From positions 1 through 61,012 of IMG/VR virus record IMGVR_UViG_3300025120_000004: a stretch of DNA of 61,012 bases; one strand, given 5' to 3'. Each line of letters starts with the position of its first letter. Within the stretch, counting starts at the first letter, position 1. Source of the DNA: a virus (lineage: Duplodnaviria > Caudoviricetes). The notes beneath the pieces are model-generated. The model did not search any database and was not told the origin of the DNA. It saw only the letters and a program-made list of their open reading frames with translations. A program made the position numbers and the translations under genes. Below are positions 35,453 to 45,539 of this stretch, piece after piece.

Positions 35453-37677
35453 TGTACGAACAAACTTTATATAAAATACTAGATGATATTATACCTGAAA
35501 AGGAATTAAAGTCTAATAATAAAAAAAAGGCTTGGGTATACGGATATAATAAAGAATATGATATTGTTGTTATATCAAAAGATGGTACAATTGGTGAGGT
35601 TTATGAAATACAAAATTTAAAGATTGCATTACCAAAACAAAAAAATGTTTATCGTTTTAATAAAAATCATTGGGGTCAAATAGAATATCCTAAAGAACTA
35701 AGTAAAATAAAAAGTGTTTTTGATTGGGATAAATATCCAGATAATTTTAAGGAAAAGTGGTATGACTATATTGACAAAGAGTTTGAAAGAAGGGAAGAAG
35801 GTTTTTGGTTTAATAACAAAAACAATCCTACTTACATTACTGGTTCTCATTACATGTACTTGCGGTGGACAAAAATTGATGTTGGGCAGCCAAACTTTAG
35901 GGAATCAAATAGATTATTCTTTATATTCTGGGAAGCTTGCAAAGCAGACTCAAGAAGCTATGGAATGTGTTACCTTAAAAATAGACGATCAGGATTTAGT
36001 TTTATGTCATCATCAGAATTGGTTCATCTTGCAACCACATCAAAAGATTCACGTTATGGAATTTTATCCAAAACAGGTTCTGATGCAAAAAAAATGTTTA
36101 CAGACAAAGTTGTTCCCATATCGCTCAATTATCCGTTTTTCTTCAAACCTATTCAAGATGGAATGGATAGGCCAAAAACGGAGCTTGCGTATAGAGTTCC
36201 TGCGTCAAAACTTACAAGAAAAAAACTTGATGCAAATGAATCTATTAAAGAGCTTGAAGGATTAGATACTACTATTGATTGGAAAAATACAGGAGATAAC
36301 TCTTATGATGGAGAAAAGTTAAAATTACTAGCTCATGATGAAAGTGGTAAATGGGAAAGACCAGACAATATACTTAATAATTGGAGAGTAACAAAAACTT
36401 GTCTTAGATTAGGAAGTAGAGTTATAGGAAAATGTATGATGGGAAGTACATCTAATTCTATTGAAAAAGGTGGTGGTAATTTTAAAAAATTATACTCAGA
36501 TTCTAACGTAAAAAAAAGAAATAGAAATGGACAAACTAAATCAGGTTTATATTCATTGTTTATACCTATGGAATGGAATTATGAGGGTTTTATTGATATT
36601 TATGGTCATCCTGTATTTGATGTTCCAGAAAAAGAAATAGAAGGTCCATTTGGAGATATTATAGACCAAGGTGTTATAGAGCATTGGACTAACGAGGTAG
36701 ATGGATTGAAGTCAGATCCTGATGGATTAAACGAATACTATAGACAATTTCCTAGAACAGAGTCTCATGCATTTAGAGATGAAAGTAAACAATCATTATT
36801 TAATCTTCAAAAATTATATCAACAAATAGATTACAATGATTCTTTAATAAAAGATAGAGTTGTCACAAGAGGTTCTTTTAGTTGGAATAATGGAATAAAA
36901 GATACTACAGTTATTTTTACTCCTAATAATTCAGGAAGATTTTATGTTTCTTGGACTCCTAATAAAAATTTACAAAACAATTATTACTTTAAGAATGGAA
37001 TTAAATATCCTGGAAATGACCACATGGGAGCTTTTGGATGTGATAGTTACGATATTAGTGGTACTGTTGGTGGCGGTGGAAGTAACGGTGCTTTACATGG
37101 AATGACTAAGTTTCACATGGATGAAGGTCCTACAAACCATTTTTTTTTAGAATATATAGCAAGACCTCAAACAGCAGAGATATTTTTTGAAGATGTATTA
37201 ATGGCTTGTGTGTTTTATGGAATGCCAATATTAATAGAAAATAATAAACCTAGATTATTATATCATTTTAAGAATAGAGGATATAGAGGGTATAGTATGA
37301 ATAGGCCTGATAGACAGTATAATAAACTATCCAAAACAGAAAAAGAATTAGGAGGAATGCCTAATAGTTCTGAAGACATTAAACAAGCTCATGCAGCTGC
37401 TATAGAATCTTACATTGAAAAACATGTAGGATTTGATTTATCTGGAGCTTTTAGAGCTGAAGATGAAATAGGTTCTATGTATTTTACAAGAACATTAACA
37501 GATTGGGCAAGATTTAATATTAATAACAGAACAAAGTTTGATGCTTCTATTAGTTCAGGTTTAGCTATAATGGCTACACAAAAAAACCTGTATCAGCCCA
37601 TTAAAAAGAAATCAAAAATAAAACTTAACTTTGCAAGATATGACAATAAGGGAAGTTATAGCCAAATTATACAATAA
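35452..37677 (+). CDS. terL: Terminase large subunit
   Basis: LKNRRSGFS (Walker A), HDESGK (Walker B), GSTSN, GCDSYD and IENN nuclease motifs, FDASISSGLA. Confidence 0.88.
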   Translation: MYEQTLYKILDDIIPEKELKSNNKKKAWVYGYNKEYDIVVISKDGTIGEVYEIQNLKIALPKQKNVYRFNKNHWGQIEYPKELSKIKSVFDWDKYPDNFKEKWYDYIDKEFERREEGFWFNNKNNPTYITGSHYMYLRWTKIDVGQPNFRESNRLFFIFWEACKADSRSYGMCYLKNRRSGFSFMSSSELVHLATTSKDSRYGILSKTGSDAKKMFTDKVVPISLNYPFFFKPIQDGMDRPKTELAYRVPASKLTRKKLDANESIKELEGLDTTIDWKNTGDNSYDGEKLKLLAHDESGKWERPDNILNNWRVTKTCLRLGSRVIGKCMMGSTSNSIEKGGGNFKKLYSDSNVKKRNRNGQTKSGLYSLFIPMEWNYEGFIDIYGHPVFDVPEKEIEGPFGDIIDQGVIEHWTNEVDGLKSDPDGLNEYYRQFPRTESHAFRDESKQSLFNLQKLYQQIDYNDSLIKDRVVTRGSFSWNNGIKDTTVIFTPNNSGRFYVSWTPNKNLQNNYYFKNGIKYPGNDHMGAFGCDSYDISGTVGGGGSNGALHGMTKFHMDEGPTNHFFLEYIARPQTAEIFFEDVLMACVFYGMPILIENNKPRLLYHFKNRGYRGYSMNRPDRQYNKLSKTEKELGGMPNSSEDIKQAHAAAIESYIEKHVGFDLSGAFRAEDEIGSMYFTRTLTDWARFNINNRTKFDASISSGLAIMATQKNLYQPIKKKSKIKLNFARYDNKGSYSQIIQ
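35762..36265 (+). CDS. Candidate lipoprotein nested in +1 frame of terL
   Basis: Long open +1 frame; basic residues, then ILLTLLVLIT, then Cys (35855). Confidence 0.35.
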   Translation: MTILTKSLKEGKKVFGLITKTILLTLLVLITCTCGGQKLMLGSQTLGNQIDYSLYSGKLAKQTQEAMECVTLKIDDQDLVLCHHQNWFILQPHQKIHVMEFYPKQVLMQKKCLQTKLFPYRSIIRFSSNLFKMEWIGQKRSLRIEFLRQNLQEKNLMQMNLLKSLKD

Positions 37678-40134
37678 ATGGAGGATGTAAAAATTTCATT
37701 AAACCCAACAGGATTTCCTAGTCAATTTGTTTCTGACTCAGAAAAAAAATCTTATGAGTTCGGTTTACAAATAGGCCAGGCTATTCAATACGAATGGTTT
37801 AGAAAAGATGGTCGTCAAAGTAGATTTTATAGTCAATGGGCAGAGTTTCATAGATTACGATTGTATGCTCGTGGAGAACAATCTGTACAAAAATATAAAA
37901 ATGAATTAGCTATTGATGGAGATTTAAGTTATTTAAATCTGGACTGGACTCCTGTTCCTATTATTCCAAAATTTGTAGATATAGTAGTCAATGGAATGGC
38001 TGATAGAATATTTAAAGTAAATGCTTATGCTCAGGATAGCATGTCTTTAGATAAAAGAAGTGAATATCAAAAACAACTTCAAAAAGATATGTTAGCTAAG
38101 CCTGTAATGAAACAGGTTCAACAAGATTTAGGAATAAATACTTTTGCTACATCAGAAGAAGATGTGCCTAATAGTTCTGAAGAACTAGCTTTGCACATGC
38201 AACTTAAATATAAGCCTTCAATAGAAATAGCTGAAGAAGAAGCTATAAATACAGTTTTATCTGAAAATAGATATTATGAAATACAAAAGCAATTGTATTA
38301 TGACCAGACAATATTGGGAGTTTCAATGTGTAAAAACACCTTTAAGCCAGGTTCAGGTATTTCTATAGAATATGTAGACCCTGCTAATGTAGTATATAGT
38401 TATACTGAAGATCCTCATTTTGATGATTGTTTTTACTGGGGAGAAATTAAAACAATTCCTATTGTAGAGTTAAAAAAAATAGATACTAGTTTGACTAGAC
38501 AAGATATGGATGAAATATCTAAATATAGTCAAAGTTGGTATAATTACAATAATACTGCTCAATATTATAACAATAGTTTATTTAGTAGAGATAGTGCTAC
38601 AGTTTTATTTTTTAATTATAAGACTACAAATACTTTTACTTATAAGAAAAAAGTAAATGCCTCTGGAGCTGAAAAAGTTATTGAAAAAGAAGATACTTTT
38701 AATCCTACTTCAGAAATGCAAGAAGAAGGTAATTTTAAAAAAGTTTCTAAAACAATAGATGTATGGTATGAGGGGGTTATGGTTATGGGTACTAATATTC
38801 TTCTAAAATGGGAAATGTCTGAAAATATGGCTAGACCTCAATCTGCATCTCAAGAAGTTTATCCTGAATATGTAGCTTGTGCGCCTAGAATGTATAAAGG
38901 TGTTTTTGAATCATTAGTTAGACGTATGATTACGTTTGCAGATTTAATACAAATTACTCATTTAAAATTACAACAAGTAATATCTAGAGTAGTTCCTGAT
39001 GGTGTATTTATAGATGCAGATGGATTAAATGAAGTAGACTTAGGAACAGGGCAGGCATATAATCCTGAAGATGCATTAAGAATGTTTTTTCAAACAGGTT
39101 CTGTTATTGGTAGAAGCTATACACAGGATGGAGATTTTAACCAAGCTAAAGTACCAATACAACAATTAAACAGTAATTCAGGACAAGGTAAAATAAATAG
39201 CTTAATAGGTTCATATAATCATTATATGCAAATGCTAAGAGATGTTACAGGCCTCAATGAAGCTAGAGATGGATCAACACCAGATTCTTATTCATTAGTT
39301 GGATTGCAAAAATTAGCTGCTTTAAGTAGTAATACTGCAACCAGACATATTTTAGATGCAGGTTTACAAATAAGCCAAAGGCTATGTACTGCTTTATCTA
39401 GTAGAATTGCTGATTTATTAGAGTATTCAGAATTTAAAGATGAATTAACTAATCAGATAGGAAGATTTAATGTTTCTATAATTGATGAAATTAGTAAATT
39501 ATATTTAAGTGACTTTGGAATATTTATAGAAATAGAACCTGACGAAGAAGAAAGAAAAATGCTAGAACAAAATATTCAAATGGCATTACAAAGAGATTCT
39601 ATAAATTTAGAAGATGCTATTGATATAAGAGAAATAAGAAATTTAAAGTTAGCTAATCAAATACTTAAGTTAAAAAGAATAGGTAAACAAGATAGAGAGC
39701 AAAAAGAAAAAGCTGCTGCTGCACAGCAACAAGCTCAGATTAATGCTCAGTCTCAACAGATGGCAGCTCAATCAAAAATGCAACAATTCCAAATGGAAAA
39801 TCAAGCTGCTGTACAATTAGAGCAAGCTAAAAGTCAGTTTGCAGTTCAAAAAATGCAAGGTGAAGCTGCGATAAAAGCAGAGCTTATGAATCTTGAGTTT
39901 TCACTTCAAATGAAATTAAAAGGAGTAGATATAGATTTAAAAAAGATGGAGCAGGAAGGTTTGCAAAAACGAGAAACTGAAAGAGAAAATGCTAAATCAA
40001 ATAGAATATCTCAAGCTAATACAGAGCAATCAAAACTTATAGAGCAAAGAAAAAATAATCTACCTTCAGTTAGTTTTGAATCAAATGAAGATAGTTTAGA
40101 TGGATTTGACTTAGCAGAATTTGAGCCTAGATAG
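37678..40134 (+). CDS. Portal protein
   Basis: After terL; LRLYARGEQ, PIIPKFVDIVVNG, RDVTGLNEARDG, Gln-rich coiled-coil C-terminus. Confidence 0.8.
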   Translation: MEDVKISLNPTGFPSQFVSDSEKKSYEFGLQIGQAIQYEWFRKDGRQSRFYSQWAEFHRLRLYARGEQSVQKYKNELAIDGDLSYLNLDWTPVPIIPKFVDIVVNGMADRIFKVNAYAQDSMSLDKRSEYQKQLQKDMLAKPVMKQVQQDLGINTFATSEEDVPNSSEELALHMQLKYKPSIEIAEEEAINTVLSENRYYEIQKQLYYDQTILGVSMCKNTFKPGSGISIEYVDPANVVYSYTEDPHFDDCFYWGEIKTIPIVELKKIDTSLTRQDMDEISKYSQSWYNYNNTAQYYNNSLFSRDSATVLFFNYKTTNTFTYKKKVNASGAEKVIEKEDTFNPTSEMQEEGNFKKVSKTIDVWYEGVMVMGTNILLKWEMSENMARPQSASQEVYPEYVACAPRMYKGVFESLVRRMITFADLIQITHLKLQQVISRVVPDGVFIDADGLNEVDLGTGQAYNPEDALRMFFQTGSVIGRSYTQDGDFNQAKVPIQQLNSNSGQGKINSLIGSYNHYMQMLRDVTGLNEARDGSTPDSYSLVGLQKLAALSSNTATRHILDAGLQISQRLCTALSSRIADLLEYSEFKDELTNQIGRFNVSIIDEISKLYLSDFGIFIEIEPDEEERKMLEQNIQMALQRDSINLEDAIDIREIRNLKLANQILKLKRIGKQDREQKEKAAAAQQQAQINAQSQQMAAQSKMQQFQMENQAAVQLEQAKSQFAVQKMQGEAAIKAELMNLEFSLQMKLKGVDIDLKKMEQEGLQKRETERENAKSNRISQANTEQSKLIEQRKNNLPSVSFESNEDSLDGFDLAEFEPR

Positions 40135-40161
40135 CCTTAAAAATCAATTATAATTATATAT

Positions 40162-40169
40162 TAACTTTG
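40162..40169 (+). promoter_or_regulatory. -7 promoter box TAACTTTG
   Basis: Intergenic, upstream of scaffold/capsid genes. Confidence 0.6.
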
Positions 40170-40184
40170 TAAAAATTAAATTAA

Positions 40185-41285
40185 ATGGAAATTAAAGTAA
40201 AATCATTAGATTCTGTTCCAGAAAAATCTGTGCAGGAAGTAGAAGAAACTCTACTTAAAAAACACGAAGAAGAATTGAATGATAAATCTGACGATGTTGT
40301 TGAAGAGCAGCCTGTAGAAAATTTATCAGAACAAGTTGAAGTTGAAAGTCCAACTATAAAAGACGAAGACGTTCTTTCATATATTAAAAATAGATATAAT
40401 AAAGATATATCTTCAGTTGATGATTTGTTTGCTGAAAGAGAGCAATCAGAAAGTTTACCAGAGGATGTATCAAAATATTTAGATTATAAAAAAAACACAG
40501 GGCGTGGATTTGAAGATTTCGTAAAAATAAACAAAAATTACGATGACTTAAATGAAGACCAGGTGTTATCAGAGTATTATTCTTTAACAGAATCAGATTT
40601 AGATAATGAAGATATTCGTTATTTAATGGACGAAAAGTTTTCGTATGATGAAGAAATTGATGACGAAAATGAAATAAAGAAAAAGAATATTGCTAAAAAA
40701 AGAGAACTTTCAAAAGCTAAAAAGTATCTTAATGATGTAAAAGAACAATACAAAATTCCTCTTGAGTCAAGTGGGAGTTCGTTGTCTGAAGATCAACAAA
40801 AAGATATTGAAGCTTATAGAAGTTATATAGAAGAATCTAAATCTACTTTAGAGGCTCACGAAAGAAAAAATAAATTTTTCTTAAAGAAAACAAATGAAGT
40901 TTTTAATCCTGAATTCAAAGGTTTTGAGTTCAATGTAGGAGATAAAACCGTTAAGTATTCTTACGGTGATGTTAATGAAATGAAATCTAAGCAAAGTGAT
41001 TTAAACAATTTAGTCAAAAAATATGTTGACGACGATGGTTTGATTTCAAATGCTAAAGGGTGGCATACAGCATTAAGTGCTGCTATGGATCCTCAAAGAT
41101 TTGCTAATTATTTTTATGAGCAAGGTAAAGCTGATGCTATAGAAGATGTTACTAAAAAAAGTAAAAACATTAATATGAGCATGAGACAAACTCCTCAAGC
41201 AATTGGCGACACTGGATTTAAAGCTAGACCAGTTTCAGATACAAGTGGAAAAGGATTAAAAATTAGAAGTAAAAAAAATAGTTAA
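40185..41285 (+). CDS. Putative capsid scaffolding protein
   Basis: Acidic and helical, between portal and MCP; FYEQGKADA. Confidence 0.6.
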   Translation: MEIKVKSLDSVPEKSVQEVEETLLKKHEEELNDKSDDVVEEQPVENLSEQVEVESPTIKDEDVLSYIKNRYNKDISSVDDLFAEREQSESLPEDVSKYLDYKKNTGRGFEDFVKINKNYDDLNEDQVLSEYYSLTESDLDNEDIRYLMDEKFSYDEEIDDENEIKKKNIAKKRELSKAKKYLNDVKEQYKIPLESSGSSLSEDQQKDIEAYRSYIEESKSTLEAHERKNKFFLKKTNEVFNPEFKGFEFNVGDKTVKYSYGDVNEMKSKQSDLNNLVKKYVDDDGLISNAKGWHTALSAAMDPQRFANYFYEQGKADAIEDVTKKSKNINMSMRQTPQAIGDTGFKARPVSDTSGKGLKIRSKKNS

Positions 41286-41303
41286 GAATTAAAAACAAAA
41301 ATT

Positions 41304-42725
41304 ATGGCAGTAGATGCAGTACCTGGGTTTGACTTACAACCAAGTTCAGAACAGGTTTTATTACAGACAAATTATATTACTAACTTCGATTTCTTAAATC
41401 AGTATTTACCAGATACTTACGAAAAAGAATTCGAACGTTATGGAAACAGAACAGTAGCTTCATTCTTACGAATGGTTGGTGCTGAAATGCCTTCTAACTC
41501 TGACCTTATCAAATGGGCTGAGCAAGGAAGATTACACACGAAGTATACAAATGTTACTTCTCAAGCAGCGGCAGCTCAAGACATTGCAACTTTAGATATT
41601 AATGATGCTTTAGTTCCTGGAACAGGAGATATCGCATTAAGAGTTGGTCAAACAGTTATGCTTTCTGATAGCTCTATAAATTCAACAAATAGTAACAAAG
41701 CAATAATTACAGCAGTAGATACTGCAAATGCTACTATTGATGTTGCATATTATGAAGCAGGTGGTCAAACAATGGCTGCAAATGTTCAGTGTTCATTATT
41801 TATCTATGGTTCTGAGTTCCAAAAAGGAACTAACGGAATGCAAGGTCAATTAGAAGCTGACGATCAGATATTTTCTAATTCACCAATTATCATAAAAGAC
41901 CATTACGCAGTAAGCGGTTCTGATATGGCTCAAATTGGATGGATTGAAGTAACTACTGAAAACGGTGCAACTGGATTCTTGTGGTATCTAAAATCAGAAC
42001 ACGAAACTCGTTTACGTTTTGAGGATTATTTAGAGACAGCAATGGTTGAGGCAGTACCAGCTGAAGCACTCAGTGGTGTAGCAGCAATTGCAGCAGGAGT
42101 TGCAAGTGGAGTAGGTAACAAAGGTTCTGAAGGACTTTTTTACGTAGTTGAGCAAAGAGGAAATGTATGGAGTGGTGGAAACCCAACAGCTCTTACAGAC
42201 TTTGACGACATTATTCAAAGATTAGACAAGCAAGGTTCTATTGAAGAAAATGTTATTTTCTTAAACAGACAGTTTGGATTTGATATTGATGATATGTTAG
42301 CTGCTCAAAACTCTTATGGTAACCCAGGAGGTACATCATACGGTCTTTTTGACAATGATGAAGAGATGGCTCTTAACTTAGGATTCTCAGGATTCCGTAG
42401 AGGTTATGACTTCTATAAGACAGACTGGAAATACTTAAACGACCCAACAATGCGTGGTGATATTGTAGGTGGTGCAATCAATGGAATTTTAGTTCCTGCA
42501 GGTTCTACTACTGTATATGACCAAGTATTAGGAAAGAACGCTAAGCGACCTTTCTTACATGTTCGTTATAGAGCTTCTGAAACAGAAGACAGACGTTACA
42601 AGACTTGGATTACAGGTTCAGCAGGTGGAGCAGCTACTTCTAGCTTAGATGCTATGGAAGTAAACTTCTTATCTGAAAGAGCTTTATGTACTTTAGGTGC
42701 TAACAACTTCTTTATCTTTAAATAA
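41304..42725 (+). CDS. Major capsid protein
   Basis: QYLPD.YEKEFERYGNR, WAEQGRLH, GF.GFRRG, FLSER..C..GANNF; followed by a strong terminator. Confidence 0.82.
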   Translation: MAVDAVPGFDLQPSSEQVLLQTNYITNFDFLNQYLPDTYEKEFERYGNRTVASFLRMVGAEMPSNSDLIKWAEQGRLHTKYTNVTSQAAAAQDIATLDINDALVPGTGDIALRVGQTVMLSDSSINSTNSNKAIITAVDTANATIDVAYYEAGGQTMAANVQCSLFIYGSEFQKGTNGMQGQLEADDQIFSNSPIIIKDHYAVSGSDMAQIGWIEVTTENGATGFLWYLKSEHETRLRFEDYLETAMVEAVPAEALSGVAAIAAGVASGVGNKGSEGLFYVVEQRGNVWSGGNPTALTDFDDIIQRLDKQGSIEENVIFLNRQFGFDIDDMLAAQNSYGNPGGTSYGLFDNDEEMALNLGFSGFRRGYDFYKTDWKYLNDPTMRGDIVGGAINGILVPAGSTTVYDQVLGKNAKRPFLHVRYRASETEDRRYKTWITGSAGGAATSSLDAMEVNFLSERALCTLGANNFFIFK

Positions 42726-42744
42726 GATATAGAATAATTTCAAT

Positions 42745-42776
42745 AAAGGGGATAGTTAATCCTGTCCCCTTTTTTT
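42745..42776 (+). terminator. Intrinsic terminator after MCP
   Basis: AAAGGGGATAG-ttaatc-CTGTCCCCTTT then T run. Confidence 0.8.
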
Positions 42777-42798
42777 ATTAAATTTAAATTAAAATCAA

Positions 42799-43542
42799 AT
42801 GAAAAAAAAGAAACAAGCTTTTGTTACTAAAAGCTATAAGCTCACACAAGATAGAGCGCCATTAAGCTACACAATACCATCTAGAAATACTAAAAGAAGT
42901 GCCTTACTTTATTTTGATGAGGAAACTGGAACAAATAGGTCCTTGCGTTATGCTAGAAATCAAAAAAGTATTTTTGAAGATGAACAAGATGGAAATGTAA
43001 TATTAGAACCAATTATTTTTGAAGATGGATTTTTATCTGTAGATAAAACTAATCAAGTACTACAGAAATTTTTATCTTTTCACCCATTAAATGGAAAAGC
43101 ATTTGTTGAGGTTGATAATGAAAAAGATGCAACAAATATAGTTGAGTCTATGGATTTAGAATTAGAAGCTCAAATATTAGCTAAAGACTTAGATATTGAA
43201 ATGTTAGAAACTGTAGCTCGTGTAGTTATAGGTTTAAAAGTAGATAGATTAACATCATCAGAATTAAAAAGAGATGTTAGATTATTTGCACAAAGATATC
43301 CTGTTGAGTTTTTAGATTCAATTAATGACCCATTACTATCCTTACAAAACAAATGTGCTAAATTTTTTAGCGAAGGATTATTAATTATAAAAAATAAAAA
43401 AGATATTTATTATAATTTAAAAGGTAATAAAAATAAACTAATGACAATTCCTTATGGAGAAGACCCATTATTTATATTGGCATCTTTTCTTCAAAGTGAT
43501 GAAGGGTTAGAAGTTTTAAGTATATTAGAAGACAAGCTATAA
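42799..43542 (+). CDS. Hypothetical protein downstream of MCP (247 aa)
   Basis: ORF; LRYARNQKS.F.DEQ. Confidence 0.7.
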   Translation: MKKKKQAFVTKSYKLTQDRAPLSYTIPSRNTKRSALLYFDEETGTNRSLRYARNQKSIFEDEQDGNVILEPIIFEDGFLSVDKTNQVLQKFLSFHPLNGKAFVEVDNEKDATNIVESMDLELEAQILAKDLDIEMLETVARVVIGLKVDRLTSSELKRDVRLFAQRYPVEFLDSINDPLLSLQNKCAKFFSEGLLIIKNKKDIYYNLKGNKNKLMTIPYGEDPLFILASFLQSDEGLEVLSILEDKL

Positions 43543-43571
43543 CCAATTTAAAAATTAGGCTATTTAGTAAA

Positions 43572-43603
43572 GAGGGGTTCAAAAAAATGAAACCCCTTTT
43601 TTT
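43572..43603 (+). terminator. Intrinsic terminator
   Basis: AGGGGTTC...GAAACCCCT then T run. Confidence 0.7.
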
Positions 43604-43604
43604 G

Positions 43605-43612
43605 TATCTTTG
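43605..43612 (+). promoter_or_regulatory. -7 promoter box TATCTTTG
   Basis: Directly after the terminator, upstream of tail ring genes. Confidence 0.65.
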
Positions 43613-43630
43613 TAAAAAGATTAAATAATT

Positions 43631-44608
43631 ATGAGTTTAATAAATACAGTTAGAGCAACTGTTTTGTCAATAGCAAATAAAAATAATTTTGGTTATATAA
43701 CACCTGCTGATTTTAATTTATATGCAAAGCAAGCGCAATTAGATATTTTTGAAGACTATTTTTATCAATATAACTCTCAAATAGTTAAGCAAAATGCTAG
43801 GGTGTCAGGATCAGGATATGCAGATATTGTAAAAGGAATAGAAGAAGTAATAGATACTTTTACAGTTTTTGCTCCTTTATCTAAAAGCATTGTAAGTTAT
43901 CCTAGTAGTTTATATATTCTTCCTAATCAAGAAAAAAATGGAAGTGATTACTATATTATAAATAAAATTTTAGTTTATCAAAAACAAAAAACTTCAGGAA
44001 CTAATACTCAAATTCAAGGTGGTCAAAATAGATTAATTGATTCTAGTGCTGATTTTTTTGCTAGTGGAGTTGTTGTAGGCGATATAGTTTCGTACCGAAT
44101 AAATGCAATAACTTATAATCAAAAGGTAATAGCAATTAATAGCTCTACTAAACTAACTATAGATGCTAATAATTTAAGCAGTATTAACATACCTTATATA
44201 ATATATGATTACTCTAAATTAAAAGAAGCAGAAAAAGTTACTCATAGTAAAATAACTATGCTTTCTAATTCAATGCTTACAAAACCAACTTTACCTTACC
44301 CTGCTTACACTCAAAATTCTTTAGATGCACAAATATATCCAGATACTATTACTGATATAGGTCAAGTAACATCTCAGTATATAAGATACCCAAAAGATCC
44401 TAACTGGACATATTTTAATATCATAACAGGAGGAGAGCCTAGTTTTGATGAAACAGCATTAGATTATCAAGATTTTGAACTTCCTTTATCTGATGAAACT
44501 AATATTATAAATAAAATATTACAGTATGCAGGAATGTCAATAAGAGAAGCTGCTTTAGTACAGTTTGGAAAGACAGAAGAAAAAGAAGCAACAACACAAG
44601 AAGGATAG
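43631..44608 (+). CDS. Head-tail adaptor / tail ring protein
   Basis: GYITP..FN..A..AQ..IF, YIRYPKDP.W, DFELP; position. Confidence 0.6.
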   Translation: MSLINTVRATVLSIANKNNFGYITPADFNLYAKQAQLDIFEDYFYQYNSQIVKQNARVSGSGYADIVKGIEEVIDTFTVFAPLSKSIVSYPSSLYILPNQEKNGSDYYIINKILVYQKQKTSGTNTQIQGGQNRLIDSSADFFASGVVVGDIVSYRINAITYNQKVIAINSSTKLTIDANNLSSINIPYIIYDYSKLKEAEKVTHSKITMLSNSMLTKPTLPYPAYTQNSLDAQIYPDTITDIGQVTSQYIRYPKDPNWTYFNIITGGEPSFDETALDYQDFELPLSDETNIINKILQYAGMSIREAALVQFGKTEEKEATTQEG

Positions 44609-44611
44609 ATT

Positions 44612-45538
44612 ATGGCATATATAACAGAATATCAATACTATGAAAACACAGGCAACCCTCATACTGAACAAGAGAATTGGGGTTCTTATCAATATGTAAC
44701 ATTAGAAAATATAGTTAACAATTTTATGTTAATGTATGTTGGTAATGATAAACTTATAAATAATGCTGAAAGATATAATGTTCTTTTTCATGCAAAGAGA
44801 GCTATTCAAGAGCTTAATTATGATGCTGTAAAGGAAATAAAAATTTTAGAATTAGAGGTTTGTGATATATTAAGATTTGTATTGCCTCCAGACTATGTAA
44901 ATTGGGTTAGAGTTTCATTATATAAAAATGGAGTTTTAAGGCCATTAAGTGAAAATATCCAAACAAATTGGAGTGATGCTTATCTTCAAGACAATACATG
45001 TAGAATATTATTTGACCATGATGGAAATATATTAAAACCTTCAACATCGTTTTTAGATTTACAAAGAATTACAGGTGGTAAAACTAGCATTTATTTAAAT
45101 GAAAATAGTCCTTACAATGGACAAGAAGGTTATTGCGTAGATGGGTTGTGGTATTTTGAATATCCAATTGGAGGGAGATATGGACTTAATACAGAAACTG
45201 CAAATCAAAACCCTACTTTTAGTATAAATAAAAAAGGAGGAGTTATTAATTTTAGCTCAGGTATGGCAGGAGAGTTTTGTGTTGTAGAATATGTTTCTGA
45301 TGGAATGGAAAATGGAGATGATTCTGAAATAAGTATAAATAAATTATTTGAAGAATATGTGTATGCATATATGAAATATGTAATTCTTTCTAGTAAGTAT
45401 GGTATTCAAGAATACATAATAAATAGAACTAGAAAAGAGAAATCAGCCCTTCTAAGGAACGCAAAAATAAGATTGAGTAATATACATCCAGGTAGACTTT
45501 TAATGAATCTAAGAGGTCAAAACAAGCTTATAAAGTAA
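44612..45538 (+). CDS. Tail ring/tubular protein
   Basis: LPPDYVNWVR, EYVSDG, RNAKIRLSN; position. Confidence 0.6.
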   Translation: MAYITEYQYYENTGNPHTEQENWGSYQYVTLENIVNNFMLMYVGNDKLINNAERYNVLFHAKRAIQELNYDAVKEIKILELEVCDILRFVLPPDYVNWVRVSLYKNGVLRPLSENIQTNWSDAYLQDNTCRILFDHDGNILKPSTSFLDLQRITGGKTSIYLNENSPYNGQEGYCVDGLWYFEYPIGGRYGLNTETANQNPTFSINKKGGVINFSSGMAGEFCVVEYVSDGMENGDDSEISINKLFEEYVYAYMKYVILSSKYGIQEYIINRTRKEKSALLRNAKIRLSNIHPGRLLMNLRGQNKLIK

Positions 45539-45539
45539 T

